Below are positions 16,356 through 25,103 of a stretch of 54,321 nt of DNA, one piece after another. The notes below the pieces were generated by a model, which searched no databases, was not told the DNA's origin, and saw only the letters and a program-made list of their open reading frames with translations. The DNA is from a virus: the UHGV virus genome UHGV-0135730. One strand, 5' to 3'. Made by a program: the position numbers and the translations under genes. How positions within the stretch are numbered: position 1 is the first letter of the stretch; every line of letters begins with the position of its first letter.

Positions 16356-17363
16356 ATGAGGTTAATGCTTATGAGTATGCGGCTAATGGTAGAGGTCTTC
16401 CATACTGAGGTTGGCGACCCAATGCACAAACTGGTGCTGTTGAAGTTGGCTGATAACGCTAATGATAACGGCGAGTGTTACCCTTCTTACCATCACATAG
16501 CAAAGGAGTGTGAGATCAGCAAAAGAACAGCTATGAGGGCTGTAGACTCACTTTGTGAAAAAGGGTTGTTGATTAAACAACCAAGATATTTAATCGGAGG
16601 AAAAGAGCAAACTAGTAATTTCTATGTAATAGTCCTTCCGTCATTGCATGGTAGTGTCACTATGACACCGGGGGTAGTGACACAGAGTCACCAGGGTAGT
16701 GACACAGAGTCACCGGGGGTAGTGTCACAGAGTCACCCTAACCAGTCATATATAACCAGTAAAGAGAACATTAAAAACAATACACTCCGTGTATTGGAAA
16801 AAGACCGGTCTATCAGCGAAGAAGATCGGGAGGTTAATCTGGCGGCATTGCGTTGCCTGGCCTTCTACAACGACAAGGCAGGATGCAAATGTCGTGATGC
16901 AAAGCCATTCGTAGAACTACTGACAGAAACAAAAACACGTAAAGCGTATACGGAGGATGAAATCACATTAGTGATTGAGTGGGCTTTAACACAATGGCGT
17001 AGCCGTGGTGGAACACCTAAGCCTATAAACATTTGCCGGGTAACTAAATTTGATGGGTATCTGGCTGACGCTGAAAAATGGCACAAACTGTCAGCCACTG
17101 CAAACGCTGCCGACGTAGTGGAGGCATTTAACAGCACGTTTGATGGCCTGTTGCCACCTGCCGAACTGGATCGGGATCTTGAACGCAAGATTTATGCGTT
17201 CACTGACTACCTGAAAGACAAAAGCATCAACGGCTTTGTCGCCTACTTTGAAACGTTCAAAAACACGGCTTCAGATTTTTACTTCGGCAATGGCTTCACA
17301 GCGACACTTGATTTCCTGCTTAAACCAAAAACGCTACGTGATACACGATGTGGCGCTCTTTGA
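16356..17363 (+). CDS. Replication initiator (lambda O-like, winged-HTH N-terminus)
   Basis: HTH replication-protein-like N-terminus; iterons within coding sequence as in lambda O; start may be ATG 16371. Confidence 0.7.
   Translation: MRLMLMSMRLMVEVFHTEVGDPMHKLVLLKLADNANDNGECYPSYHHIAKECEISKRTAMRAVDSLCEKGLLIKQPRYLIGGKEQTSNFYVIVLPSLHGSVTMTPGVVTQSHQGSDTESPGVVSQSHPNQSYITSKENIKNNTLRVLEKDRSISEEDREVNLAALRCLAFYNDKAGCKCRDAKPFVELLTETKTRKAYTEDEITLVIEWALTQWRSRGGTPKPINICRVTKFDGYLADAEKWHKLSATANAADVVEAFNSTFDGLLPPAELDRDLERKIYAFTDYLKDKSINGFVAYFETFKNTASDFYFGNGFTATLDFLLKPKTLRDTRCGAL
16650..16737. repeat. Origin iterons (4 direct repeats, about 22-bp period) inside initiator gene
   Basis: GGTAGTGACACAGAGTCACC at 16673, 16695, 16718 plus degenerate copy at 16650; each contains GTGAC/GTCAC inverted half-sites; AT-rich stretch follows. 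Confidence 0.8.
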
Positions 17364-17496
17364 CCAACCACGATCTGCAAAAATCCAAAATTACCCACAA
17401 AACAACCTCACCGGCGAGCTAAAACACGCATGGTGCTACGACTGCATATCTTTAGCGGTCTAGCTCGTTATAGAGCGTTTTAGAGAGGATTTTAAA

Positions 17497-17598
17497 ATGG
17501 ACGGTAAACACGTTTTCGCCCTGGCCTTTGCCATCGCTGCTGCAATCGCTGTTAACGTCGCTTTGTTCGGCGGTTTGTTCCTTCTTATCAATCCATAA
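17497..17598 (+). CDS. Small hydrophobic peptide (33 aa)
   Basis: MDGKHVFALAFAIAAAIAVNVALFGGLFLLINP; GAGAGGA RBS; intergenic between initiator and antirepressor. Confidence 0.4.
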   Translation: MDGKHVFALAFAIAAAIAVNVALFGGLFLLINP

Positions 17599-17730
17599 CC
17601 TTCATACCAGTCTGTAAATCAAAAATTAGCCACCTGAAAGCGCCTCTGACGCAATAAGACACTGCAACCTGTGCAAACGGGTTACGCGGTGGGATTTTTG
17701 CGTTGTAGCGCGTTTTACGGAGAAATTACA

Positions 17731-18474
17731 ATGTCTGAGTTGATGTGTTTTAATTTTGATGACAATAAAATCACTGCTGTAATTTATGATGGTAAACCTG
17801 CTTTTGTTGCAATGGATGTGGCGCGGGCGCTTGGGTACGCTACGCCGCAAGATGCCATTAAAAAGCATTGTAAGTCATTGATAAAAATAAAATGTCGTGA
17901 AATGCGACATTTGGGTTTCGAACCAATCCCGCAAGGCGTAACGCTAATCCATGAATCAGATGTTTACCGCCTGGTGATGCGATCAAAAGTAGAATTGGCT
18001 GAGCGCTTCCAGGATTGGGTGTGCGAGGATGTTCTCCCTGCTTTGCGTGAAAATGGACATTACGGCTTTAAACCAGCTTTGCCGGATTTCACTGACCCAG
18101 TTGTTGCGGCTCGCGCATGGGCGGATGAGGTAGAGCAAAAACTATTAGCACAGAAGGAAGTTGATCGTCTGGCGCTGGAAAACAAGGAATTAGCGCCAAA
18201 AGCGGCTGTCTGTGATGCGATTGTAAGAAACGAACAGCATCGCAACGCGACACAGGTTGCCAAGCCTTTGGGTATGACTGCTACGCAACTCAACAAAAAA
18301 CTTGAACAGGTCGACGTCTACGATACGCGGATTAAGCGAGGCGGTCGTATGTTCAAGCAGTGGTTCGTAGACAAAGGCTACGGAGTGGTAAAATGTTCGG
18401 CTGAAGGTTACGTCCAATCACTATTTACTGCTAAGGGTCAGATTTGGGTGTCTGAACTTTTTGCGTGTAAGTAG
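17731..18474 (+). CDS. Antirepressor (Bro-N domain plus C-terminal KilA-C-like region)
   Basis: Bro-N-like N-terminus (FNFDDNKITAVIYDGKPAFVAMDVARALGY); GGAG RBS. Confidence 0.65.
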   Translation: MSELMCFNFDDNKITAVIYDGKPAFVAMDVARALGYATPQDAIKKHCKSLIKIKCREMRHLGFEPIPQGVTLIHESDVYRLVMRSKVELAERFQDWVCEDVLPALRENGHYGFKPALPDFTDPVVAARAWADEVEQKLLAQKEVDRLALENKELAPKAAVCDAIVRNEQHRNATQVAKPLGMTATQLNKKLEQVDVYDTRIKRGGRMFKQWFVDKGYGVVKCSAEGYVQSLFTAKGQIWVSELFACK

Positions 18475-18507
18475 GTATACATTTTGTTAACTGGAGGGAT
18501 TAACATT

Positions 18508-19626
18508 ATGTCGCAAAGAAAAATCAGCGATGAGCAATTGATCGCTGAATACAACAACGGTTTAACGTACAAACAGATTGCTGAGAAGTACGGCATGTCT
18601 AAACGCAATGTCGAGCGCCTGGGCGCAAAACTGGCGAAACGTGGTTTATTATCAACACGCCGCGCGCCTGGTTTTGGCGTCAATGGCGAGTCGTTGCTAG
18701 TCGATAAAAACGGCAATGTGATCATGCGCTGGATTAAAACAGCCCGTGACCGCGACGAAATGGAACAGCTAATGGAAGCGGCCCGCGACGCTTTCACGGA
18801 TGAAATACCACGCGCGGAGGCTGTGCCAGTGCCTGAAATTGATTTTCAAAAAAGCCTGGCACTTTACCCGGTATTTGACCTGCATATCGGGGCGCTTGCT
18901 CATAAAGCTGAATGCGGAGAGAGCTACGATACTGGGATCGCTGAGCGCGTGTTGAATGACTTCTTTGACTACGCTGTTGGCGCTGCTCCGATGTCTGAAA
19001 AAGCAGTACTGCTCCTCGGTGGCGATCTACTTCATTCTGACGGTATGGTCCCGGTGACGCCAACAAGCGGGCACATTCTTGATCAAGATAGTCGCTACGC
19101 AAAACTTGTTTATGTGGCGATCCGGTCTGTCCGGCGGGCGGTAGGAAAGATGTTGTTAAATCATAAAGATGTTGAAATCCAGGTGTTATCAGGCAATCAC
19201 GATCAGTCGGGCATGATTTGGCTACGTGCGGCGCTGGCGGCTTTTTACGAAGATGAACCGCGCGTGACGGTTGATGTATCACCTGCTATTGTCCACCACA
19301 CACAGTACGGTAAAACATTCCTTGCATATCATCACGGTCATACTATCAAAAAACCTGAAAATTTGTTGTCTGCCTGCGTATCTGACTGGCGTGAGGATTT
19401 CGGCAAGTCGGCGGCTGTTTACGCTCACACTGGACATCTACATCACCAATCTGTTGTTGAAACATCATTGGGGATCGTTGAACACCACGGCACGTTAGCT
19501 GGCAAAGACGCATATTCGACTAATGGCGGCTGGCGGTCGCGGCGGCTGGCAGCGGTGATTATTTACAGCCCGGATCATGGGGAAATTGGGCGCTTTGTTT
19601 ATTACCCTGAATATTCCATTTTGTAA
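18508..19626 (+). CDS. HTH domain fused to calcineurin-like metallophosphoesterase
   Basis: N-terminal HTH (LTYKQIAEKYGMSKRNVERL); phosphoesterase motifs DLH, GGDLLH, GNHD, HHGH, GHLHH in canonical order. Confidence 0.6.
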   Translation: MSQRKISDEQLIAEYNNGLTYKQIAEKYGMSKRNVERLGAKLAKRGLLSTRRAPGFGVNGESLLVDKNGNVIMRWIKTARDRDEMEQLMEAARDAFTDEIPRAEAVPVPEIDFQKSLALYPVFDLHIGALAHKAECGESYDTGIAERVLNDFFDYAVGAAPMSEKAVLLLGGDLLHSDGMVPVTPTSGHILDQDSRYAKLVYVAIRSVRRAVGKMLLNHKDVEIQVLSGNHDQSGMIWLRAALAAFYEDEPRVTVDVSPAIVHHTQYGKTFLAYHHGHTIKKPENLLSACVSDWREDFGKSAAVYAHTGHLHHQSVVETSLGIVEHHGTLAGKDAYSTNGGWRSRRLAAVIIYSPDHGEIGRFVYYPEYSIL

Positions 19627-19644
19627 ACCGGAGGTAATGACATA

Positions 19645-21060
19645 ATGGTAACTGAGCAAATAAACTCACTACGGCAGGAACGTGAAGCGTCAGTTATCGG
19701 CGGGCTGCTGTTAGGTGGCCTCACTCCTAACGCGCAAGATGTTCTCGCCACTCTGGATCCTGAAGTGTTCACGATCTCGCTTTACAAACGTGCGTTTGAA
19801 GTTATCCGGGCGCAAGCCAGAAACAGGAATCTTATCGACGCGTTATTGGTTGGCGATGAGATTGGGAATGAAAACTTTGTTCCTCTGATGCAAACGGCGC
19901 GATCGTGTCCTTCTGCCGCCAACCTGAAGGGATACGCACAGCTACTACGTGAAGAGCACCAGCGGCGGCAGATGTTGGAACTCATCGACGATATGCGCTA
20001 CAAGCTGGAAACGGGGACGCTTGAAGTCGTCAAAGAGACGATGAAAGATTTTGATTCCCGGTACTCAAAATTAAAAGTAACTAAAGACAAGATCATTCCT
20101 GTTCTGTTGCGCGATGCGGTACAGGAATACACGGAGGTTTTAAGCAAGCGCATGGAATGCGGTGTCAATTCTGACAACATCAAAACAGGGATAGAACCAC
20201 TCGACGAAATGTTAGGCGGCATTAACGCTACTGATTTGGTGCTTCTCGCCGGACGTCCTGGGTCTGGTAAATCTGCGTTGGCGCTTGCAATTGCCCGCGA
20301 GGCTGCCGAACGCCCTTACCCTGGCGGCGAAGGTCAGCGGGTAGGCGTTTTGCTGTTTACGCTTGAAATGTCACTCGATCAGATGACTGAGCGGGCTATA
20401 GCTGGCGCTGGCAATTTATCAACTGACTGCCTGCGCAATCCGGTAAAACTTGATGATGAGGGGTGGGCGCATGTCGGCCAGGGTATGAGCGCACTTGCTA
20501 ATCTTGATGTGTGGATCGTTGACGCGTCGCAGTTAACGGTTGAGGAAATACGCGCAACAACGGAACGCATGAAGCAGGATCACCCGAACCTGGGTATGGT
20601 AATGATTGACTATATCGGGTTAATGAAGCTGGCTAAAGCCGAACGTCACGATCTCGCCGTGGGGCAATTATCGTGGTCGTTAAAGATGATGGCTAAAGAA
20701 TTGCGCGTACCAGTGTTGGCGCTGGCGCAATTGTCACGCCGAGTTGAGGAACGACCAAACAAGCGCCCTAATAATTCTGATCTTCGTGATTCTGGCAACC
20801 TTGAGCAAGATGCCGACAGGATAATCATGGTTTACCGCGATGGATATTACGACGAACAGTCTGTTGCCCGCGAATATATGGAAATCATTGTGTCAAAAAA
20901 CCGTCATGGTAAGTCTGGAACTGTTTACCAGCGGTTTGATGACAACGGTAATATCTTGCCATGCGACCAGGCGCGCGCAGCCGCAGCGTGCATTCAGTCA
21001 ATGAATCATCGCACAAGCCGTTTTAACCAACGAAACAATCAGAATAACGCATCTTTTTAA
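19645..21060 (+). CDS. DnaB-family replicative helicase
   Basis: Walker A GRPGSGKS, RecA-like C-terminal domain; 471 aa. Confidence 0.85.
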   Translation: MVTEQINSLRQEREASVIGGLLLGGLTPNAQDVLATLDPEVFTISLYKRAFEVIRAQARNRNLIDALLVGDEIGNENFVPLMQTARSCPSAANLKGYAQLLREEHQRRQMLELIDDMRYKLETGTLEVVKETMKDFDSRYSKLKVTKDKIIPVLLRDAVQEYTEVLSKRMECGVNSDNIKTGIEPLDEMLGGINATDLVLLAGRPGSGKSALALAIAREAAERPYPGGEGQRVGVLLFTLEMSLDQMTERAIAGAGNLSTDCLRNPVKLDDEGWAHVGQGMSALANLDVWIVDASQLTVEEIRATTERMKQDHPNLGMVMIDYIGLMKLAKAERHDLAVGQLSWSLKMMAKELRVPVLALAQLSRRVEERPNKRPNNSDLRDSGNLEQDADRIIMVYRDGYYDEQSVAREYMEIIVSKNRHGKSGTVYQRFDDNGNILPCDQARAAAACIQSMNHRTSRFNQRNNQNNASF

Positions 21061-21136
21061 TCAATATTAGCAAACAGCTTGCCGGAAAGTTTACCGCTTT
21101 CTGGTGGCTGTTATCGCGTTTTAAACGAGGCTAAAA

Positions 21137-21694
21137 ATGAGCGCTGAAATTGAAACAAAAATTATCAATATCCTTGAACTTGATGGCATCGCAACAATGC
21201 ACCAGTTACGCCAGAAAACAGGGTTATTGGCTTGGTATGATAAGGACGGAATCATGCCTGAGACAATTAAACACTTAATAAAAAACGGCATCGTCGAGCG
21301 CGTGTATACATGTTTTGGACGCCGCCGCCGCCTGCTGGGTTATCGCATTAAACAGTTATATGCTGAACGTCGTGAGCGTGTTGCGTCGTTATTTGGTGAC
21401 TACAGCGTTAAAAAACGTATGCGCGACATTAGCGCTGAGACTGGTATCCCGTGGAATTATCTTTCTCGTACTCTTCGCCTAATGGTGATTGATGAAACAC
21501 TTTGCGTTGATCCAAATAGGCACGGCGTTAACTTTTACTCACTGTTTAAACCTGGGCGATTCGGTCACGCTAATGATTTGGCGTTTGACTTTGACAGCCG
21601 CCTGAGCGAATACCGGAAAAATAACGGCCTGCTACCTGATAAACCAGTGTTTGAGATTGAAAAACTTAACGGTGAAACGGGGTTGGAATTATGA
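21137..21694 (+). CDS. Hypothetical protein
   Basis: 185 aa ORF downstream of helicase. Confidence 0.5.
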   Translation: MSAEIETKIINILELDGIATMHQLRQKTGLLAWYDKDGIMPETIKHLIKNGIVERVYTCFGRRRRLLGYRIKQLYAERRERVASLFGDYSVKKRMRDISAETGIPWNYLSRTLRLMVIDETLCVDPNRHGVNFYSLFKPGRFGHANDLAFDFDSRLSEYRKNNGLLPDKPVFEIEKLNGETGLEL

Positions 21695-21897
21695 GACGGG
21701 TAATTTTTTATTCAGTTGAAACGTTTATTGACGAATCTCACTTTAAATTCACACGCGATCCTTGCGGAACGATGGTTTATACGCCTCCACTAATGCGCAA
21801 GTATAAGCACGTAAAATTTAACCGTGCTTTTGTGCCGATTCGTTACGCTTTGCAGGCGTTGCGCGGTGAATTACGAAACACAATGCGTATTGTGTAA
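21691..21897 (+). CDS. Hypothetical protein
   Basis: 68 aa ORF, ATGA overlap. Confidence 0.4.
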   Translation: MRRVIFYSVETFIDESHFKFTRDPCGTMVYTPPLMRKYKHVKFNRAFVPIRYALQALRGELRNTMRIV

Positions 21898-21907
21898 GGG
21901 GGAGATC

Positions 21908-22105
21908 ATGAACAGGGAATTGGATTTGACCGTGGAAGACTTAAGCACGATTGCGGAATACATGCGCGGCGGCGATCCTGATAAGCCTGTTGTTGTTGAT
22001 ATGAGGTACTTAAAAAGCGCTTTTATGACAAGCTCGCGCCTAATTTCTTTGCGGGCGATCATGTATGCGCGGGCACAGTGGAAAAATAGTAACGGTGTAT
22101 CATGA
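21908..22105 (+). CDS. Hypothetical protein
   Basis: Start at MNRELD with GGGGGAG RBS. Confidence 0.4.
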   Translation: MNRELDLTVEDLSTIAEYMRGGDPDKPVVVDMRYLKSAFMTSSRLISLRAIMYARAQWKNSNGVS

Positions 22106-22533
22106 GGCAAATAAGATTTGAAATAGTAAACGACGCCGTAAAAGAAAACGCTATCAGGCAGATAAGAGAGATCCAGCCTGATAGCAAAAGCCCGCTGGTA
22201 ATTACCATCCGTGAGAAGACACGCTCACTGAGTCAAAATGCGTTGCTTTGGGCGCTATTAACAGACGTTAGCGATCAGGTTAATTGGTACGGAAAAAAGC
22301 TGTCGCCGGAAGATTGGAAAGCGGTATTTACTGCCGGGCTTAAGAAATATGGCGTTGTCCCTAACCTGGATAAATCAGGTTTTGTTGTGCTGGGTACGTC
22401 AACCAGCCGGATGAGTAAGGCTGAATTTAGCGAATTAATCGAACTGATCTACTCGTTCGGCGCTGAACATGGTGTTCAGTGGTCTGGCGATACGAAGTTA
22501 AACGAGGAATTTATAAAACGCTGGGGGCAATAA
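22102..22533 (+). CDS. ninB: NinB (Orf-family recombination mediator)
   Basis: 143 aa; SLSQNALLWA motif characteristic of lambda NinB. Confidence 0.75.
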   Translation: MRQIRFEIVNDAVKENAIRQIREIQPDSKSPLVITIREKTRSLSQNALLWALLTDVSDQVNWYGKKLSPEDWKAVFTAGLKKYGVVPNLDKSGFVVLGTSTSRMSKAEFSELIELIYSFGAEHGVQWSGDTKLNEEFIKRWGQ

Positions 22534-22709
22534 TGGTTCGTTACTACATGGCTAAACCTACAGGCATTTTGTATAAGATTGATGGCGAATATGTTTATTA
22601 CTTTCACAATCAGGCGCGTGAGTGGCGATTATGTCACGCGCACTTTCAGCACGAAATAGAAAACCATCCTGAATATTTTATCAAAGTTGACAATGTAACG
22701 GTGGCGTAA
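22533..22709 (+). CDS. Hypothetical protein
   Basis: 58 aa ORF with overlapping stop-start. Confidence 0.35.
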   Translation: MVRYYMAKPTGILYKIDGEYVYYFHNQAREWRLCHAHFQHEIENHPEYFIKVDNVTVA

Positions 22710-22723
22710 TTGAGGATAAGAAA

Positions 22724-23383
22724 ATGAATAAACTTAAAGTAATTGGCGTGATTAGCCATCGTACTAACCCTGAGTGTTACCCATCGTTTGAGGTAACAAC
22801 ATGCCGCACAGAATATAATTTTGGATCATGCTATTTAATGGGCATTCGCGCTGACACTGGCGGCACTTATTCTGTTATGGCTGCAAGCTGGAAATTTGAA
22901 AAATACGATGATTTATCGAATAAGGATGATGACGGCATGAATAAAGAAAGTGAAGTTGTTGATGAATTAATCGAAGACGAACGCCGTGACTGCGAAACGA
23001 AACAAGAAAAAACGGAATGGAAGCCAGGAGAAAAGCCGCCGTGCGGCGTGTGGCTTGAATGTTATTATCCTGATGGTTATCTAGTTGGGATTGTAATGTT
23101 TAAATTTGTCGGTGATAAATTCGGTGTGTACACTGAAAAAGGCAGTAAACAGCAAGAACATACTATTGATTGGGGTTTTTGTAATTATTTTTTATATGTT
23201 GACCCGAAAGAAAAAGCACTTGCTGAAATCGCGTTTGCACTTGCTATCAAAGTTATGGGTGAAGACGCGGCAAAAGAGATTGACTTTAACCATGACAATG
23301 ATTTTTCGTGCGATTATCGCAATATGGCGCAAGCTATTATTGATGGATGTATCGGACACGTTGAATACACGGGGAAAAGATAA
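22724..23383 (+). CDS. Hypothetical protein (AT-rich, possible cargo)
   Basis: 219 aa ORF; lower GC. Confidence 0.5.
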   Translation: MNKLKVIGVISHRTNPECYPSFEVTTCRTEYNFGSCYLMGIRADTGGTYSVMAASWKFEKYDDLSNKDDDGMNKESEVVDELIEDERRDCETKQEKTEWKPGEKPPCGVWLECYYPDGYLVGIVMFKFVGDKFGVYTEKGSKQQEHTIDWGFCNYFLYVDPKEKALAEIAFALAIKVMGEDAAKEIDFNHDNDFSCDYRNMAQAIIDGCIGHVEYTGKR

Positions 23384-23613
23384 TGGATAAAACGGCAACA
23401 ATTCTTCTTAGTCGCCCTGCCATCTGCCGTATGCTTGGGGGAATTAGCAGGGGAACGTTCTATTCATGGCGTAAAAAGTGGGAGGAAAACGGAACTCCAT
23501 TCCCGGACCCTGTTGATGTGTTGGGGACCGGGAGGGGCGTCATGTACCGCTATCAGGATGTAATGCGGTTCTTTGATAAGATCGGATTAACGCCAGCCAG
23601 GGATAAGACGTAA
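23383..23613 (+). CDS. AlpA-family DNA-binding protein / excisionase candidate
   Basis: Short HTH protein (ICRMLGGISRGTFYSWRKK) adjacent to integrase; 3' end overlaps int 3' end convergently. Confidence 0.6.
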   Translation: MDKTATILLSRPAICRMLGGISRGTFYSWRKKWEENGTPFPDPVDVLGTGRGVMYRYQDVMRFFDKIGLTPARDKT

Positions 23614-24767
23614 TCCGCAAATTTATTTAACGCCTCCTTTTGTTCATCAAGATAATCATATTTGTCGTACACTGCCAGTATTCCTCTGAGTGAATGGCCT
23701 AATACCTTTTCCGCGATATGTACCGGAACACCTATAGCTGAAAGGTGTGTACGGCACGTCCTGCGGAGGTCGTGACAGGACCATGATTTGCCTCCCATCC
23801 TTTTACGCACGAAGATTGCAGCTACTTTTATCACTGATGCGTTTACTGGCTTGTTGCCGCCGTTAATCACTGGCGGGAACACATAATCATACTCATGGGA
23901 GGCTAATACCTCCCTGAGCATTTTTATCGACAAATCTGATAATCCCCGCCTGATTTCACTTCTTGTCTTCGCCACTGCCGCCGGGACGGTCCATACCCCG
24001 TTATCCAGGTCGAGGTGTTCCCTTCTCATTTTCTGCAACTCCCCCACCCTGCACCCAGTTAGCAATAATAGCCTTAATGCTATCTTGTTTTGACGGTAGA
24101 TCTGCGAATCATCCACCGTTCGCCAGAAATGGCCTATTTCATCGCATGATAAATAACGCTCGCCAACCGCATAATTTTCGCCTACGTCAACAACCCTGAT
24201 ATTGTTTATCGCTGTACTGGTCATTAGCCCGCGCCGGATAGCGCTGTTTACAACAATCTTCATTCGCTTAAGTATCAGCCCAGCCGTAACCGCGTGGCCC
24301 GCCGCAGTGATCTCGCCAAATATATCCATCCATTGCTTCGTGCTGACATCATCGGCAATATACTCACCGAATTTATCGACAACGTGGCGCTTAAGCGCGC
24401 TCCTGACGTCATTATATGCAACCAGCTTAATAACGTTCGGCAGGGATAAATAGTCACTCACAATGGCGCTTATTGTTAATTTGCCACGCTCAATATTTAT
24501 CGCTTGCTTTACTGAAACAGTCGGGTTCTTCCCCTTCGCTAATAGCTCTTTGTATTCTGCCACCGCGTAGCGTGCATCTTTCAATGTCATGTTGCCATAA
24601 TCGCCAATCTTCATCCTTACAGGTTTACCGTTGAACCTGTACCTGAACTGGAAAATGATTTTCCCCTTCGGGCTTATCCTGGCAGACAAGCCATCGCGAT
24701 CCGCTATCTCGTTCGGGCCGTCATATGGCTTGTTTGCTATTGCGCGTAATTTCGTATCCGTCAGCAT
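23553..24767 (-). CDS. int: Tyrosine integrase (P4-like)
   Basis: N-terminal arm-binding-like domain, C-terminal catalytic region with HDLRRT...HxxxH...Y. Confidence 0.85.
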   Translation of the reverse strand: MLTDTKLRAIANKPYDGPNEIADRDGLSARISPKGKIIFQFRYRFNGKPVRMKIGDYGNMTLKDARYAVAEYKELLAKGKNPTVSVKQAINIERGKLTISAIVSDYLSLPNVIKLVAYNDVRSALKRHVVDKFGEYIADDVSTKQWMDIFGEITAAGHAVTAGLILKRMKIVVNSAIRRGLMTSTAINNIRVVDVGENYAVGERYLSCDEIGHFWRTVDDSQIYRQNKIALRLLLLTGCRVGELQKMRREHLDLDNGVWTVPAAVAKTRSEIRRGLSDLSIKMLREVLASHEYDYVFPPVINGGNKPVNASVIKVAAIFVRKRMGGKSWSCHDLRRTCRTHLSAIGVPVHIAEKVLGHSLRGILAVYDKYDYLDEQKEALNKFADYVLSLAGVNPILSKNRITS

Positions 24768-24785
24768 TCTGATACCTCTTTTTTT

Positions 24786-25046
24786 TGGTCACGATTTGGT
24801 ACACATTTTTATCTGAACGGATATTAACACCATCGAACGGATTTAAACACACGACATGATGATTTATGCGTAACTTAGTGAATTTAAATGGTATTTTTTA
24901 TCAACCGTGAACGAGTATGAACAGGATTGAACACCACTAATCGTTACTGTCTGGAATGGTTAGCGCCGTGAATAATCACTTATAAAACAGTATGTTACAG
25001 TGCTTTTGCTTTTGGTTTTTGATATTTGGTCACAATTTGGTACACA
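24786..25046. other. attP-like region with arm-type direct repeats
   Basis: 20-bp direct repeats TGGTCAC(G/A)ATTTGGTACACA at 24786 and 25027; three GAAC(G/A)GAT(A/T)T(A/G)AACAC repeats at 24815, 24835, 24919; intergenic next to int. Confidence 0.5.
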
Positions 25047-25073
25047 AAAAGAAACGAGGCGTAAGCCTCGTTT
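25044..25073 (-). terminator. Rho-independent terminator after tail-fibre gene
   Basis: Hairpin CGAGG-CGTAAG-CCTCG followed on minus strand by TTTCTTTTTGT. Confidence 0.6.
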
Positions 25074-25103
25074 CGCGCGGCGATGTTCTTCGCACATCAC
25101 CTC

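Noticed and set aside
16865-19498. Antisense or alternative-frame ORFs within the initiator and HTH-phosphoesterase genes (16865-17188, 18060-18417, 18438-18797, 18794-19282, 19271-19498)
   Set aside because: Embedded in or antisense to well-supported plus-strand genes; low-complexity translations.
24768-25103. tRNA gene or tRNA 3' fragment at the attP-like region
   Set aside because: No convincing acceptor or T-arm (GTTCRANYC) structure found; GAACGGAT-type repeats look like arm-type sites instead. No tRNA genes were recognised anywhere in the window.
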